Assembly: GCA_009914755.4 (NCBI GenBank)
Contig: CP068257.2
Location: 43,456,001-43,520,000, forward strand
Direction: 5' to 3'
DNA from: the human T2T-CHM13v2.0 reference genome, Homo sapiens
Length of the DNA: 64,000 bases
Shown: positions 14,330-28,500 of the stretch, piece by piece
Layout: each line of letters starts with the position of its first letter
Numbering within the stretch: position 1 is the first letter of the stretch
Program-made: the position numbers and the translations under genes
Notes under the pieces: generated by a model
Databases searched by the model: none
What the model saw: the letters and a program-made list of their open reading frames with translations, nothing else
What the model was told of the DNA's origin: nothing

Positions 14330-15329
14330 GTAACAACTTTGCCTGACCAAAAACAAAACAGAAAAACACAATAAGGTCAAAAGACAAAAATACCAATTGT
14401 GTGAAAACCTTTGTAGCATATCATAAATGTTTTAAAAGTTGAGGGAGAAGAAACCCGAAATTCTAGGAAAATGGGAAAAAGGTATGAACAGACACATATG
14501 CACATATACACGTACATAAACATGGCCCATACACTTTACCAAGATACCATTTCTTACAGATGTGCAAATAATCAAAAGTCTCACTTGATAGCTATTTCTA
14601 ATAATGTTGCTATTTCTCATGTACGTGCTTAATTGGAAATGGTGTATTAAATAAAGGTGAAGAGGCAGTTGCCTTTTCAGCTTAAAAGAGCATTAAAGTT
14701 TATGATTGTTAACTTCTAAATTTATTCTCAGTGTGCTTTGAAATAGACTTTATAACAAAAGCAGCACTAACTCTCCCTAGATTTCCTAGGAAGCAGGTAC
14801 CAAATTCTTATGCACCTGCATGCACAGGCTGCCAGGATGCCCCCGCTCTACTGTGGATTATTCTAGGCTGTTTCTCCTTCCTTCCAACCACCACACCCAC
14901 ATCCCTAAACCTAGGGGTTTAAATTTAGGTAACACACCTAGGGCTTGTTAAATTTAGGTAGTTTCCACACTTCGACCTTTTTTCTTAGGATGGCTCTGTA
15001 TTCATTATGGATTTCATAAGTCACATGGCTGGAAGGTACCTGATACAGATTAAACACAGAATTTAGTTAGGATAGCATTCTGTCTTTGAAGGCTGTGTGA
15101 TTGCAGCCCAGGCCAAGCCAGGCAGAAGTTGGGTCACTTGAGCAGGGCCCTGCAAACACACCTGAAGGAGGTGGCATTGCTAGGACTCTACTTTTGGGGC
15201 TGAATCAGCAGAGGCAAAAGGACTGAGTAAGTCCTTGCTGAGGATGGCACAGCTCTCAGCTACAGAGCTAGGACCAGACCAGGCTCTGGGGTTCATGCGG
15301 GAATCACCAGTCTGCGCTGCTGCCTCCTC

Positions 15330-15555
15330 CTGTATGCGTGTGTGTGTGCGCGCGTGTGCGTATATGTGTGTGCGCGCGTGTGCGTATATGTGTGTGCACG
15401 TGTTTGCGCGCGTGTGTGCGCGCTTGTGTGTATATGTGTGTGCGCGCGTGTGCGTATGTGTGTGCACTGTGCGCGCGTGTGCGCGCTTGTGCGTATATGT
15501 GTGTGCACGTGTGTGCGCGCGTGTGCGTATATGTGTGTGCACGTGTGTGTCCCCA
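15330..15555. repeat. Imperfect tandem array of alternating purine-pyrimidine (TG/CG) motifs, about 225 bp, unit about 24-30 bp (gcgcgcgtgtgcgtatatgtgtgtgc)
   Basis: Directly visible. The track ORFs 15180-15687 (His/Thr/Arg- or Cys/Val/Ala-rich) are artefacts of it. Confidence 0.9.
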
Positions 15556-17489
15556 TGAGTCCTGTGGCACCACCGAGTTGTCATGAATGCTTTCGTTTAA
15601 CGAGTCAGGAGCAGTTTCCCATTTTGTAGGCTGTTTTTCTGTGACCTGGATTTTAATGGCTTGGTCAACAGGTGGAAAAGTATCCACCTTTCCTTATCAG
15701 TCTGGAGGCTGGTTGGTTTTTTCTGCGTCGCCTGCGTCACCACTTCCTGATGTCAGCGCACGGGGCTCTGCGCCCCCCCAGGACTGGAGGCTCCGTGTAG
15801 ATGGAGACTTTTGTTTTTGTCCCATCCTCCTGGCATGTAGAAGGCCCTCAAATACTTGTTGAAGAATAAATGGACGGGCTTTGGTATTTTATAACCTAGC
15901 AATGCACCTTTTGGTTGTTTCCAGGTTTACTATTAAAACCAACGTCTTGATGCCCCTCTTTCTGGATGCTTTTGGTGATAGAGAAGCCAAATCACGCTGG
16001 TTTTAAGCAAAAATCATGTATTTGCTCCTGAAATTTTCCTTTGAAAACTTTCTGTATGCGGTTGTACGTCAGTATGTGGTTTTCAGCCACACTGGGAGGC
16101 GCCTTTCTCTCTCTTTTTGTCGCTATAGACATTAGTGGAAAGCCACAAGTAGCGTGGGGGCTGCCTCTAGTCACGCTTCAGCTGCAAGTGCGGTGTGAGC
16201 ATCTATTTTTACCTCACAGTCCTCGCTCTGAAAAATTCTGACCACTTTTATTTTTAACATTCTGCTCTATTAGCTGGGTGCAGGGAGGAAGGAAGCTCAA
16301 ATTAGTCAGTTTACTTTGTATTTATTTTTACTTGACCTTTTCACTTCCACATTTTGAGAAGAAAATGTGAGACTCTTTCCTCTGCATAATTTTCTTCCTT
16401 GAGGAGAAACCATTTTCAGTCATGCTTGGAAAGAGGTGGAGATAACCTCAGGGTAGCATGTTTAGCGTTTTCCATTCACGAAACAAACCTTAAAATGTTC
16501 ATCTGTTTATTCTATGAAATAATTAGTTTCTTATTTCCCACGAATTTGAAAACCAGTACATTTCTGTGCCAAGTAATGGCTGTGTTTTCTTGACCATCCG
16601 GCAAGTCTCTACCTGGGTGTGGTGACTTGGGGACCGCGTTGTCAAAGAGCCAGTGAGGCGGGGGTGTGGAGAATTTGTTTGCCCTTTGTTTTTCACTTAC
16701 CTTTTTCTGCAGGAATTGAACTAAACAATTGCTACTGACAATGATGTATTTTAATTCCTAGGAGGTTAAACTCCTCACCTAGAACAGTTTGATTAATAAA
16801 CCTAATCTATTTAAGCATGTGTCAATCCTTTTGGAAATTGTAATATTCAAGGACTTGCTAGCATTTATGGCTCTTTAAATATTTCTAGTTATAGTTGCTG
16901 TCAGGATTCATTTATTTTGATTGGGTAATTAGTTTTTTACCATTATTTTAAAAACTAATAAACATTTTAATCAGATCTCATGGACAGAAAGCCAAGATTC
17001 TTGTGCTGCTTCCTAAATGCAGTGGGCGCATCTCTGTCAGTTTTTACCTGCTGGAAGGTACTCCTGAGTGCTGTGCTGAGCTCTGCCCATCTGTCCATCC
17101 TCTTGGGACACTCATCCCTTTCCCATTCTCTGCTCTGTGAGGGGATGGTGCTAGTGAGAGCTCAGGTCGAGAGGGCTGGGGTGCTCCTTCGTCTCTCAGC
17201 TCATCAGCAGTGACTTGGAAGACAATCAGGATCTACCTGTGTTGTTGAGAAGCGTTACGCAAGCAGGAAAGCGCACAAGAGGAAGGCGCAGCTGAGTGAA
17301 GCATTGCAGAGCCCGCCAGGCTGTGCCTTCCACCCAGGCCAGCACACGGAGCGCTGCAGTCCCTGAAGGCTTCCTCAGGCTCCTCCTGTTGGCGTGGGTG
17401 CCTGCCACTGACCTCTGTGGGTGACAGGTTTGTCACTGGAGCTTGTATCCTGCAACCTGTTTGTTTGGGCGTGCCTGTTTGTTTGTTTT

Positions 17490-17800
17490 TAACGTTTTAA
17501 TAAACTTTATTTTTTAGAGCAGTTTTATATTTACAGCAAAATTGAGGGACAGGTACAAAGATTTCCCGTATGCCCCCTGCCCCCACACAGGCACAGCCTC
17601 CCCCATTATCAACATCCGTATCCGGAGCCGTGTATTTGTTACAGTTGATGACCCCATGTTGACACCTCATTACCCAGAGTTCATGGTTTCCATGAGGGTG
17701 CACTCTTAGTGTTGGACGTTCTGTGGGTTTGTACACATTTATGACGATATGGATCCATCCTTACAGTATGCAGAATTGTTTCATTGCCCTTAAAGTCCTA
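17490..17800 (+). mobile_element. Probable old L1 3-prime-end fragment
   Basis: Matches a remembered common repeat consensus (tttttagagcagtttta.g.tcacagcaaaattgag.g.aggtaca.agatttccc.tat.ccccctgcccccacaca.gca.agcctcccccattatcaacatcc ... ttgttacaattgatgaacc ... catggtttacat.agggt.cactcttggtgttg.acattctatgggtttg.aca.atgtataatgaca). Family assignment from memory only. Confidence 0.45.
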
Positions 17801-19340
17801 TGCTTAGCCTATTTTTTAACTATATAAATGCAGTCAAAGGATGTGTTTTTGTGTGTTTTCTTTTGTTCAGTATTACATGTGTGATGAGACTTGCCTGTGT
17901 TGTTGCCTGTTCGTTTTTACTGCTGTACATAGTACTCTGCTGTTTGACCATATCATATATTCATTCTGCTGACGATGGATAGTTAGACGGTTTCCAGTTT
18001 GGGGCCATTATAAGCAAAACTGCTCTGACCATACTGATACATGTGTTTTGGTAAAGAAGCACAGGTGTTGCTGGGGTGGATGGGCTGGCTGTGAGCACAC
18101 GCACTTCAGCGTGAGTGGGTGATGCTGGCATGGTGCCTGGTTGGGCACTCAACTGCCTGCTTTCACCACACTCCCCATGTGGCATCAACTGCTTTGGAAG
18201 TTTCTGTCTTCTTAATTTTTACCATTCTGGGCAGGTGTGTGTGGTATTTTTCTGTAGTTTTGATTCTCATGGACCTGCTTACTAGTGAGATTGAGCTTTT
18301 GTTACATTTCATGGAATTCTGGACTCTCTGAGATGCCTCCCAAAGTGCCCAGCTACAGCCTCTGTCATCAGGGAAGGAGCAGGTATGGGAATGGTGTCTC
18401 TGCACACCTCATGTCTTGCCTACATCCTTCTTCAAGAAAATACTGGTTTTCCCCCTGAAAATGATAGAAATTGACTCATCATTTTTGAGTCTAGCTCAGG
18501 TGTCTTTTCTGGAATTGCCTTTTTTATTCGGTGTAAAGAGGCACAGGGACTTCATATCTGCTATAGATGAGTGAAGGTTGCCTAGACATGCACACAAGGC
18601 CCTTGGTGGACTTCCCCTATCCCTGGGGCTCCTCATAACCCTTCCCTCTTCTCTTCCCTGGACTTTCTGGGCTGGGGCCAGGGCTTGGGGTCGGGGGTGA
18701 GCCTTCCTCTCGGTGTGTATCTCTGTGTAGAGTTGCATGGTGAGATTCGGCTTCTGTTCTAAATGCAGTTGGGTGGAAATAAAGCAGGGATGGTCCTGAG
18801 TCACCCACATTCCTCTTGGTCAGTCTGCCCTGGTGTGAGGAGCTGGCAGCCTCTGCAGACCTTTGGTCCCACTTCCCATTTGGGGGATGTAGGCTTGTGT
18901 TATAAAATAGGTGAACATGTGATTTACTGATTTACTGCTTGAACAGGGACACTTTTGAGAGTGAAAGGGCCTGCAATTATTAATGACCCCAAGATGACAT
19001 GTGATAACGAGGAAGTTCTGGGGAGATCAGGTCATGATCCCCAGAGTTATGATCTCAAAGATGGAGAGTGTCATAGGGAGGATGCCCCTCTGTGAGTTGT
19101 GAGGGGCCACGTGTGTCCTGTGTACACAGGCCCTAAGGGGTGCTGGGGCCATGTGGGTAGTCATAGGAAGATGGCTGGAGTTGGGAGGCAGAATGTTTAA
19201 GTATTTCACTCATTGACTAAACTTAGTTGAGTTTTATTTGTCTGTGAAAAGGGAAATCTACTTGCCTTGCTTGCACGCCTTTCCTAGGGATATTTTGGGG
19301 ACTAAAATGTGATAGTGAATTTTAAAATATTGGTTGAAAT

Positions 19341-19758
<418 letters not shown>

Positions 19759-21454
19759 TTACTCTGAACTCTCTCCTTGTCTGTTTTTTAAAGCATCCTG
19801 AAAGGGAGTGTCTGTACAGCGTCACCTGTTAACAGCCACTAGGAAGCTGCCCTGAGAGTTGGACCTGGCCGAGCTCTCTGATACTTGAGCAGCCCTGCCC
19901 AGAGGAGCCTGTGCAGCACATGAGGGTTCTTCAGTATTGGTCGGTGTTTCGGGAGCCCTTACAATGAATGAACACAGCTGCAGCCCAGTGACCCCTCTTG
20001 GACAAGTGCGGAGATCAGTTTTAGCTCAGCTGCTTTCTGAATGTTTCAGATATTTCAAACTGGAAGTCACAAGTAGCTTTTACTTTTGCAAGCAGTCTGC
20101 TGTTATGAATAGCACGTATAAGAAAATTTATAATTCAGTTAGTTAAAAATATGTTTGAGCACCTGTTAAAGCACCAGAATTCTTTTATAAATTGAGGAAA
20201 GCCATGCCATCTAACACATATGCGGCATTAAGTGTTCTTTTAATAAATATTATGCTTAGTAGACATACTCTACATACCAATCAGAGGTTGCCATCCTAAA
20301 CCAAAACTACATATCCAGCACATTCTGATATTAGGCGGTGGCTTACACCAGGGAAGGCTTGGAGGTTGTTTTGGCTCCTACCCTTTAAAAGGCTTACCAG
20401 CTTTTAGATGGAGTCATAGATAAGACATGGATAGTAACAGAAAGGAAGCATGGCTTATCAGCTGTGTCAAGTCCGGACACATGTATCCCCATTCACATTG
20501 CTGAACTCAGGAAGATATCCAAGCACCATTGTGACATACTTGTCCACAGAGACCGCAGATAACCCCAGCACCCTCTCAGAGTGGTGCCTTGGTGTTTTTG
20601 TTCATAAAGCCTTGATGCTCAGGCCCATCCGTCATCCCGGGCAGGTGCGTAGCCTGTGTGGTGGATGCCAGGGTCAGGGGAGGGCTTTGCTTTTGCAGAG
20701 TCTCGAGGCTTAGGCTGAATGTGTTTTTAAAGGTCCGACTATACTGAAACAAACATTAAAAAATATTCAACATCACTTAATTTTTATTGCTTAAGAGCTT
20801 ATCTGGCTCTCCCATTGGCTCAGTAATTTGGTTGCTATTAATAACGTTGTTGAGGTTGTCATCGTCACCTTAACATTGTCATCATCACCTCCAGTAATAG
20901 CTAACATTTATTGAGTTCTTCCTCCATGCAGGAACTGTGCTGAGTTCTTTTTCTGCATTATTTTATTCAGCCTTTGCTGCAGCCATCTGCAGCAGGCACT
21001 GTTACTAACCTTCTCCTGCCAGAGGGAACGCTTGAGATGCTGCAGGGTGACAGTAGCCTCAGAGCCAGGGGGCTGCATTGCTGGATCTTCAAGCAGGCAA
21101 ACTGCCAACTCTGTGTTCATAATCCTGGTCATGGGCTCGCACTGACCTGTAGAGAGCTGGATATGGGGAATGGATTGGAGAGCTTTTATTTGAAACAACA
21201 GCAAAGTGGCATGATCTTTTGGGAATACACTTTTTCAAGTCATGTATCCACTCACAGACAGGCTTTGTGAGCCTCTTGCTTTGTTAAGGGCCCAGGGAAG
21301 ATTTAAGGCGACCAAACTTCCAGTGACAAACAATATTTGAAATTAGTCTATTCCTTTACCCCAGAAATGCAGAAATACATGGTTTTGGATGTTTGACCTC
21401 ATTGGTTGGTGGGCATGAGGAGGTGGTCTGCTTTGGTGCCAATGACCGTCTGTG

Positions 21455-21595
21455 AGTCACAGAGTGAGTGAATGCTGAGCCGCTGTGATGGGAAAGCTCT
21501 CTGCTGAGTTGGTTCAGTCTGGGTCACAGAGTGAGTGAATGCTGGGCCGCTGTGATGGGAAAGCTGTCTGCTGAATTGGTTCAGCAGTGCACCTG
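21455..21595. repeat. Tandem duplication, about 68 bp x 2, about 90 percent identity
   Basis: Unit cacagagtgagtgaatgctg.gccgctgtgatgggaaagct.tctgctga.ttggttcag occurs twice in succession. Confidence 0.85.
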
Positions 21596-22713
21596 CTTCC
21601 TCACGGGGCATTAGCCGGTCAGGGCGATGTCTCTGGATCACTCAACTTGTCCCTGACAGAGCAAGGAATAAGAAACCCAGTTAGATTGTCTGTATCATCA
21701 GATGCCATTTACATCCCAGTCAAATTAGCAGCCAGATCACTGATTTCTTATAGGTATACATCTTTTGACTTCAGCATAATCTCTTCCCCTTTTTCTGCAT
21801 CCTTGGGTTTTAAAGGATGTTTACTATGTAAATGTTTAACATGTTTACTATTTAAACTTAATAGTTGAGGTAGCTTTTAAAATTTGTGTCCATTAAACCC
21901 AAGGACTCTTGCAGAAGTCGTATGGTTTTTCTTCTTTCATCTATAATGCATGTAAGGAATTATTCACTTGCTCTAAAGTTCAAATGTGTGAGTTTCTGGT
22001 GCTGTTACATAACACGTGGTATTGTGGGTCAAGGGGAGTTAGTGTCTCACCTAAAATCTGGGGCCATGATGTCACCACATTAAATAGTAGGGATGTTTGC
22101 TCATCTTTTAAGGGTATTTCTTCCCCCTGCAAAGCAAAATGCTGAAGAGATACATATTTGTTAATTAACTGATTTCACCCTCGTCATCCATCCTCTTTCC
22201 ATAAGGAACTGTATGTTGCATTCTTGCTGAGTGCAGACTAAGTCCTTTGTGCAAGGTTGGGTCATCCTGGGGTGAAAAGGTAAGTGCTTTCGGGGATGCT
22301 GATTAAGGTGGTATCTGCTGTGCCTCTCTCAGTGTCCCCAGGGCGAAATTCCTCAGGTTACAGTGGCAGGAACAGCTGCTTGAGCTCATTTTTGTCTTCT
22401 GAACAGGATCAGTCTTGGAATTGGCCTTTTCTCCATCTTCAGCCCCAGGGTGGGGCTGGCCTGGGTAGGGCCTGCGCCTGTGCTTGCTGCGCAGCAGCAC
22501 CCCTGCGTGCCTTCCCTTGCCTCGGCTGCTAAGTCTTTGGAGAAAACTCTACATTGCCAAGCTTCTTCTGAAAGATTTAATTTTTTATTTAGAAACAGTA
22601 TGCTTATTACAGACTGTGCAGACTTTGCAGAAATGCAAAACTAGGAAGAGACATATTAGTCCCTTTGCATAGAAGCAACTTTTGTTATTATTTTGTATGT
22701 TTCCTTTGTATCT

Positions 22714-23096
22714 GTATTAGTGTGTTCTCATACTGCTAATAAAGACATACCAAAGACTGGGTGATTTATGAAGGAAAAAGGTTTAACAGACTCACAGTTC
22801 AGCATGACTGAGAAGGCCTCAGGAAACTTACAATCATGGTGGAAGGGGAAGCAAACACATCATTCTTCACATGGCAACAGCAAGGAGAAGTGTCCAGCAA
22901 AATGGGGAAAAGCCCCTTACAAAGCCGTCAGATCCCGTGAGAACTCACTCACTATCACGAAAACAGCATGAGGGTAACTGCCCCCATGATACAATTACCT
23001 CCCACTGGGTCCCTCCCACAGCACGTGGGGATTATGGGAACTACAATTGAAGATGAGATTTGAGTGGGGACATGGCCAAACAATATCTGTGTCTTT
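22714..23096 (-). mobile_element. MaLR solo LTR of THE1/MST type, minus orientation
   Basis: Reverse complement matches the THE1-family consensus across its length, e.g. ...ttattagcagtatgagaacacactaatacaa at one end and tgatattgtttggccatgtccccactcaaatctcatcttcaattgtagttcccataatccccacgtgctgtgggagggacccagtgggaggtaattg at the other. Confidence 0.85.
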
Positions 23097-24512
23097 TTTC
23101 ATGTATATGTTTTTTTTTTCTTTTCTCAGCATAATTGATATACTGTGGTTACTCTACCTATTTGTGTAGGCCTCTCAGGTCATTGAAACAAGATGTTGTA
23201 CAAATTAGCAGATGACACTGGCGCATGGAGGAATGGTTTGTATTTTAATTTTCACTGTATAACATTTTAGTAAAGCTTTTACTGGAAATGTTTTCTACCC
23301 ATATCCTCAGGAAACCATGTGAAGTAGACAGCCTTGCATTTCCTGGATTGCTCCCTCGAAGGATGAAGGGAGCAGTTCTATCAGATGCTCTTCCCAGCCT
23401 CCTTCTCCAGGGAGACCTAGCCGCTGCTGTTTTGAGTTTCCTGGGAGGACATCCCCCAAGGACTCTCTGGCTTGTCCTTGTGAAGTTGGTTTGCTTTTTG
23501 TGCCAGCTTTTTAGGCTTACAAAATGTTGTGTGTGTGTACATAGGAAAAATATGGAAGGGTACGTACCCACTAGTTTGTGTCAGCACTGGATTCTGGCAT
23601 ATATAATAGATGAGGAGTTTCTGTTATGTATATGGGATTTCTGAGATACACAGGGGTTTTCTGTGCACATCTCTCTATAACGCAGCTGTCCCGTCACATC
23701 CTGCATGTCAGTACAGGTAGTGCCGTTCTCTTCGTAGGACTGTGACACTTTATCTTTGTTCTTTCACAGTTAAAAAAAAAAAAGCTTCTTTAAAATTCTG
23801 ACTTTATATAACTAACGCAATGCTCATGCTACTTCACTTGTTACAAGAACATATTATTCTGTCCTATAGATGTACTGCAGTTATTTAATGGATCAGCTAT
23901 TGATAAGGGGGCCCTTTTAATGTAACTATTTTAAAAAATGGAAGTAATACCAGCACATGGTAAAAAACACATTGCAGCTCATGAATGGGTATAAATTAAG
24001 TTGGAGATTTCCTCTTTCTCCCTCCCCACCCCATGCCCCGTTTCCAGAGGTAAACAATGTACAGTTTGTGTTTTCTTCTCTTAAGTTCTTCTTGTAGTCA
24101 CCATTATAGCTTTAACTTTTCTGTTTGTGAGTTCATGTGGAAGTCAACAGTGCCTTCACACTCTGAGTTTTGATGAGATTTATATTGACAAGGCTTAAAA
24201 CATTTGTAGTGTTTCCCATCTATCATTAGGCTCCCTGTGCTTTTCCTGCAAGTGTAGTCTAAACATTTTAATATAAGAAAAGTAACATTTATAGTATTAT
24301 GATAGTATATTTTGCCATAGAACCAAGTGGTATGAAATGTAATTCTGCCTCACCAAACCTTTGCCAATAAAAGGAGAATATTCAGATGGAACTCCCAGTT
24401 TCTCTTTAGGTGTCCGCTGTTTCTAGCTGCCTCAGTTGCCATGGTTTCTCCTATCCCATGGTGTTGGTTTCTTGGATTCTATTTTTGTTTTGCTGGAGCA
24501 CCTCCTTAATCC

Positions 24513-24635
24513 ACTTCCTTATAGAATGGATGGCTGACAGACTTCTTAATTCACTTCCTTATAGAATGGATGGCTGACAGACTTCTTAATTCACTTCCTT
24601 ATAGAATGGATGGCTGACAGACTTCTTGGGTTTTT
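24513..24635. repeat. Tandem repeat, 41-bp unit (cacttccttatagaatggatggctgacagacttcttaattc) x 3, copies essentially identical
   Basis: Three consecutive identical copies visible; the last copy diverges only at its final bases. Confidence 0.95.
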
Positions 24636-25289
24636 GCACGTAATGTTCAAACATGCAATTACTTTGTTCTCATACTTATTGATAATTTGGTAGGGTCTAG
24701 AATTCTAGGATCGTATAATTTTCCTTTTGAAATCAGAAAATATTCTCTATTATTTTCCAGAGTCTAGTGTTGTTAATGAGAAGTTGGATATCCGTTTGAT
24801 CCTTGTTCTACTGCAGGTAAACATCTTCTACTCTCTCCTTCTCTCCCTCCCTGGGCTTCATGTCCTGACGGTTTGATTTTTCGTTACCCTAAACCCGGAT
24901 CTGCTTCTCTTCCAGCCCGCGTGCCCATATTGGGATCACCCCTTAGAAAACCTCAGGCTTTCTTTGGAGAGCGATTCTCAGGTTTCAGCCCAGGAATAAA
25001 AGCGTTCCCTATGGCTCCTGCTTCTTGGGAAGACCCCTCACCTCTGTTGTCTTGCTCTGCAGTTTCCTCTGCTCTCTCGCATCAACCTGCTTTCGTCTGC
25101 CTTATGCCCTAAAAGCCCTGGCAGGCTTTCTTGTGTTCTGCTAAATCCCTCTGTAAATTTTTAGCACCGTGCACTATTATGGTTCATTCACCACCAAAAA
25201 GTACCTTTTCTGACATTTTAACAGAGCTCTGGGAAGAATGGAGAGAAGATATGGTGTACTTTATCACCATTTTTAATTAAAAGCCCTTT

Positions 25290-25577
25290 TAATTAATTAA
25301 TTTAGAGGCAGGGTCTCGCTCTGTCACCCAGGGTGAAGTGCAGTAGTGTGATCGTGGCTCACTGCAGCCTCCACCTTCTGGGCTCAAGCAATACTCCTGT
25401 TATCAGCCTCTTGAGTAGCTTGGACCACAGTCACGTGCCACACTGACTGATTAATTTTTAAATTTTTTGTAGAGGTGGGGTCTTGCCGTGTTGCCCAGAC
25501 TGGTCTCGAACTCCTAGGCTCAAGCCATCCTCCCACCTTGGCCTCCCAAAGTGCTGAGCACACCACTGTGCCTAGCC
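25290..25577 (-). mobile_element. Alu SINE, minus orientation
   Basis: ttaattaatttagaggcagggtctcgctctgtcacccagggtgaagtgcagt ... cccaaagtgctgagcacaccactgtgcctagcc. Confidence 0.9.
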
Positions 25578-28500
25578 TAAAAGCCTTTTTAGATCACTCT
25601 CAGTGGCAAAATTAGTGCCTTGGTCACCTTTACCAGTAGCTGTTCTTGCTCTGCAGTGGAAATATCACTCAACATTATCAAAGAATCGGGATGAAATTAA
25701 ATGAACCAGTTTAGGTACTTTTGATACAGAAGTTCTTATGAGACGTGTTGTTCTTTACTATGTAAGAGTGTGGCCATAAACTTAAAAATAGCTGGGTAAC
25801 TTTGTTACACTTGCCTTGATGGTGTGTTGCAAGTTAGTTAAATTTCATATACTCTTAATCAGCACATCACCAACAAATAAAATGTTACTGCTGCATCAGA
25901 ATTTAGAGGAGGTTCTATACATCTGTTTCGAAATAAAGACGGAGATGACTTAGGGTACTTATAAGTTGTTGAAAAATCATGGCTCCTGAAACTATGAATT
26001 GTCATCGTGGTATATACCCAGACAGCCCACATTAAACTGCTGTGAACATGAGAAAACGGACATCGAAATGATAAAAGCAAGAGTGTTGGTAATTGAAATC
26101 CATTATAAATAAAGCTGTCATTGGTAACGCACGAAATGCTGTTTCTGAGGATGAGGACTTTGTGGCCCCCACGTGGGCGCATTACCAAGCTTTGCAGCTC
26201 TGCACAGGAGCCTCCCTTCTTGATACTGAACTAGACCTCTATAAAGCCTAGTAACACCTCAGGTTTAGGTTATAAATCTTAAATTTTAGTGCCCCGTAAT
26301 AATTCACTTCGTAGGTTACCATGGACTAGCCCTTAGTTGCACTGAGAAAAGAAAGGCTATGAAATTTTGTTGGTGAAGTGCCAAAGAAAGGATTGGGTTT
26401 TGGGTCATCTCACAGCCCATGGTGAGGGCTGTCTTTGGCCTCTACCGCACGGACAAGTTTGCATGTCAGATGTTGGCACACTTGTGGGGTATTGGGTTCT
26501 TTTGAATATCTGATTAAATCCATTTACATTTTCGTTAGAAAAATTCATCTGTGCATATGAACGCATCATTTCATATATGATTTCACACTTCTCATTGTCT
26601 TCCTGAAGCCCATTCGTGAACTGTCGATTGAATGCCTGCTCTGGAGAGGAGTGTGAAGCTGCACTTCTTCCGTCTCCTCCTGGCACTCGCTCAGGATCCT
26701 CACAGGTGTGGAAAACACTCTAAGGAAGCCTGCGAAGGCCAGATGTCTCCCTTTTGCCTTCTTTGGTTCTGTTCATGATGGCCTTATCACGGACACACTA
26801 GGACCCTCTGAGGACACCACCCCTGCCACCGCATTGCTCTGGGGGCAACTTCCGAGCTTATTGTCTTCCTCCAGCAAGGGCAGGAATGTGGAGAAGCTGT
26901 GTGTGCTGGGCCTTTACTTTCATTATTGGCGACAATGTTTGTTTTCATTTTATCAGCTTTCTTTATCCTCCATTTTTTTATCTTCCACAGGTAGTGTATA
27001 TTTTGAGAACAGCGTGAGGTTTATTCTACTAATGGAAATTTACAAAAATACCAGTTTGAATGATTGAGAAATCTAAGTTAAAGAACCCTTGAATAGAAAT
27101 GTCGCTGTTCAGTGCGTTGATCGATTCTCACATCTGAAGCCAGCTGTGTATTCTTGGTATGTGTGTATTCAACTCAGGTGTGACCTACTGTCTTTTATAT
27201 GTCCCTGGATTTAAATATGCTAATTTTGTTATGATTTTTGTGTCTACATTTGTAAAAGCCGCTGATAGTTCATGTCTGGCACATTCTTGACAGATTTTAC
27301 TACCGAGATTATACTGGGCTCGTAAAACGAGTGGGGGATGTTCCCTGTTTTTTTGTTCGCTGGAACGGTATGTGTAAGCTTTGTGCTTTTCCTTTATTCA
27401 GCCAGTGCTTTCACATGCTGCTTCCTTTTATAGCCACTCTTTTTTGCTACATATTCTTTCTCTACAAGAGCACAGTTCTTCTGGAATGTGTCCCTTAGGA
27501 TTAACTATCTCAGGTGTGATTTGTGTGAAAACATCTTTATTCTTATTGTGGAAAGACTGTTGTTAGGTGGGGAGTTTACTTTCCCGTCTGCACATTGAAG
27601 ATCTCATCCTGCTCCACTACTGGTCTCTTCCCTGGGCCCTGGGCATCCGCTCTCAGCCTGACTGTCCCCCTGTGCTCCCGCATCATTTCTCTGTGCTGTG
27701 TCTGGGTTCATGCTTATTTGTATTTATTCTGCTGCGGGTTAGTTGGCCGAATCTGTTTCTGTGAGAGCTCCCATGCTTTTGGTACTTTCTGTCTCTCGTG
27801 TGTCTCTGCACTGCTTTCTGGGTTATTGCTTCGGTTCTACTGCCCAGTTTGGCCATTTTCTCTTTAACTGTGTCTAATATGCTGCTAAAACCTGTCCACT
27901 GAGCTTTTAGCGTTAGTCATTATAGCTATTATTTCTGGAGGGTCTCTCTGCTTCCCTGTCCTGCCAAGTCCAATTGGTCATTCTTAGTTTACCTGTTTAC
28001 TAACTGTTTGTATCTCCTTTAGCCGTTGTTTTCTGTACGTATATGGTGTGTTTGACTTTTCCAGCATGTTCAAGGCTGTTTTCCCAGCTGTATCCCCTCC
28101 TCTCGGGCCATCAACTTTTTGTTCCCCATTGTTGCTACTAATTCTTAGGACTAATAAAGCACTTCAAATGGCAGCTACTGTCAAAAATTAGGAAGAAGGC
28201 TTCTTTGCCGTAGCAGCCTCCAGTTGATTACTTTCTCTTGACCTGTACTTTACTTGCCACGAGCATATCATGCCTCTGTACTTGCTGCAGTAATTACTGT
28301 CTCGAAACAGTGAAATCTCATCAGTTGCCCATATGTGTTTAACTGCACACGCGTGCATAGTCTTGGCTTTATGCGAGGTAGAAAATGAGAGTACTTAGTT
28401 TTTGGCAGAGCAGAGCCTCAATTTCCACAGTCTAATTAAATTATAATGATAAATATCACTTTAAAAGGAAACAGTTGCTTCGTTTAATCAATATGATTAT

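Noticed and set aside
15180-15687. ORFs rich in His/Thr/Arg or Cys/Val/Ala overlapping on both strands
   Set aside because: They are translations of the (TG/CG)n alternating array.
24513-24635. Regularly spaced identical direct repeats considered as a possible CRISPR-like array (also 47862-48393 and 39862-40848)
   Set aside because: The units abut with no unique spacers, the host is a primate genome, and the arrays are ordinary mini- or microsatellites.
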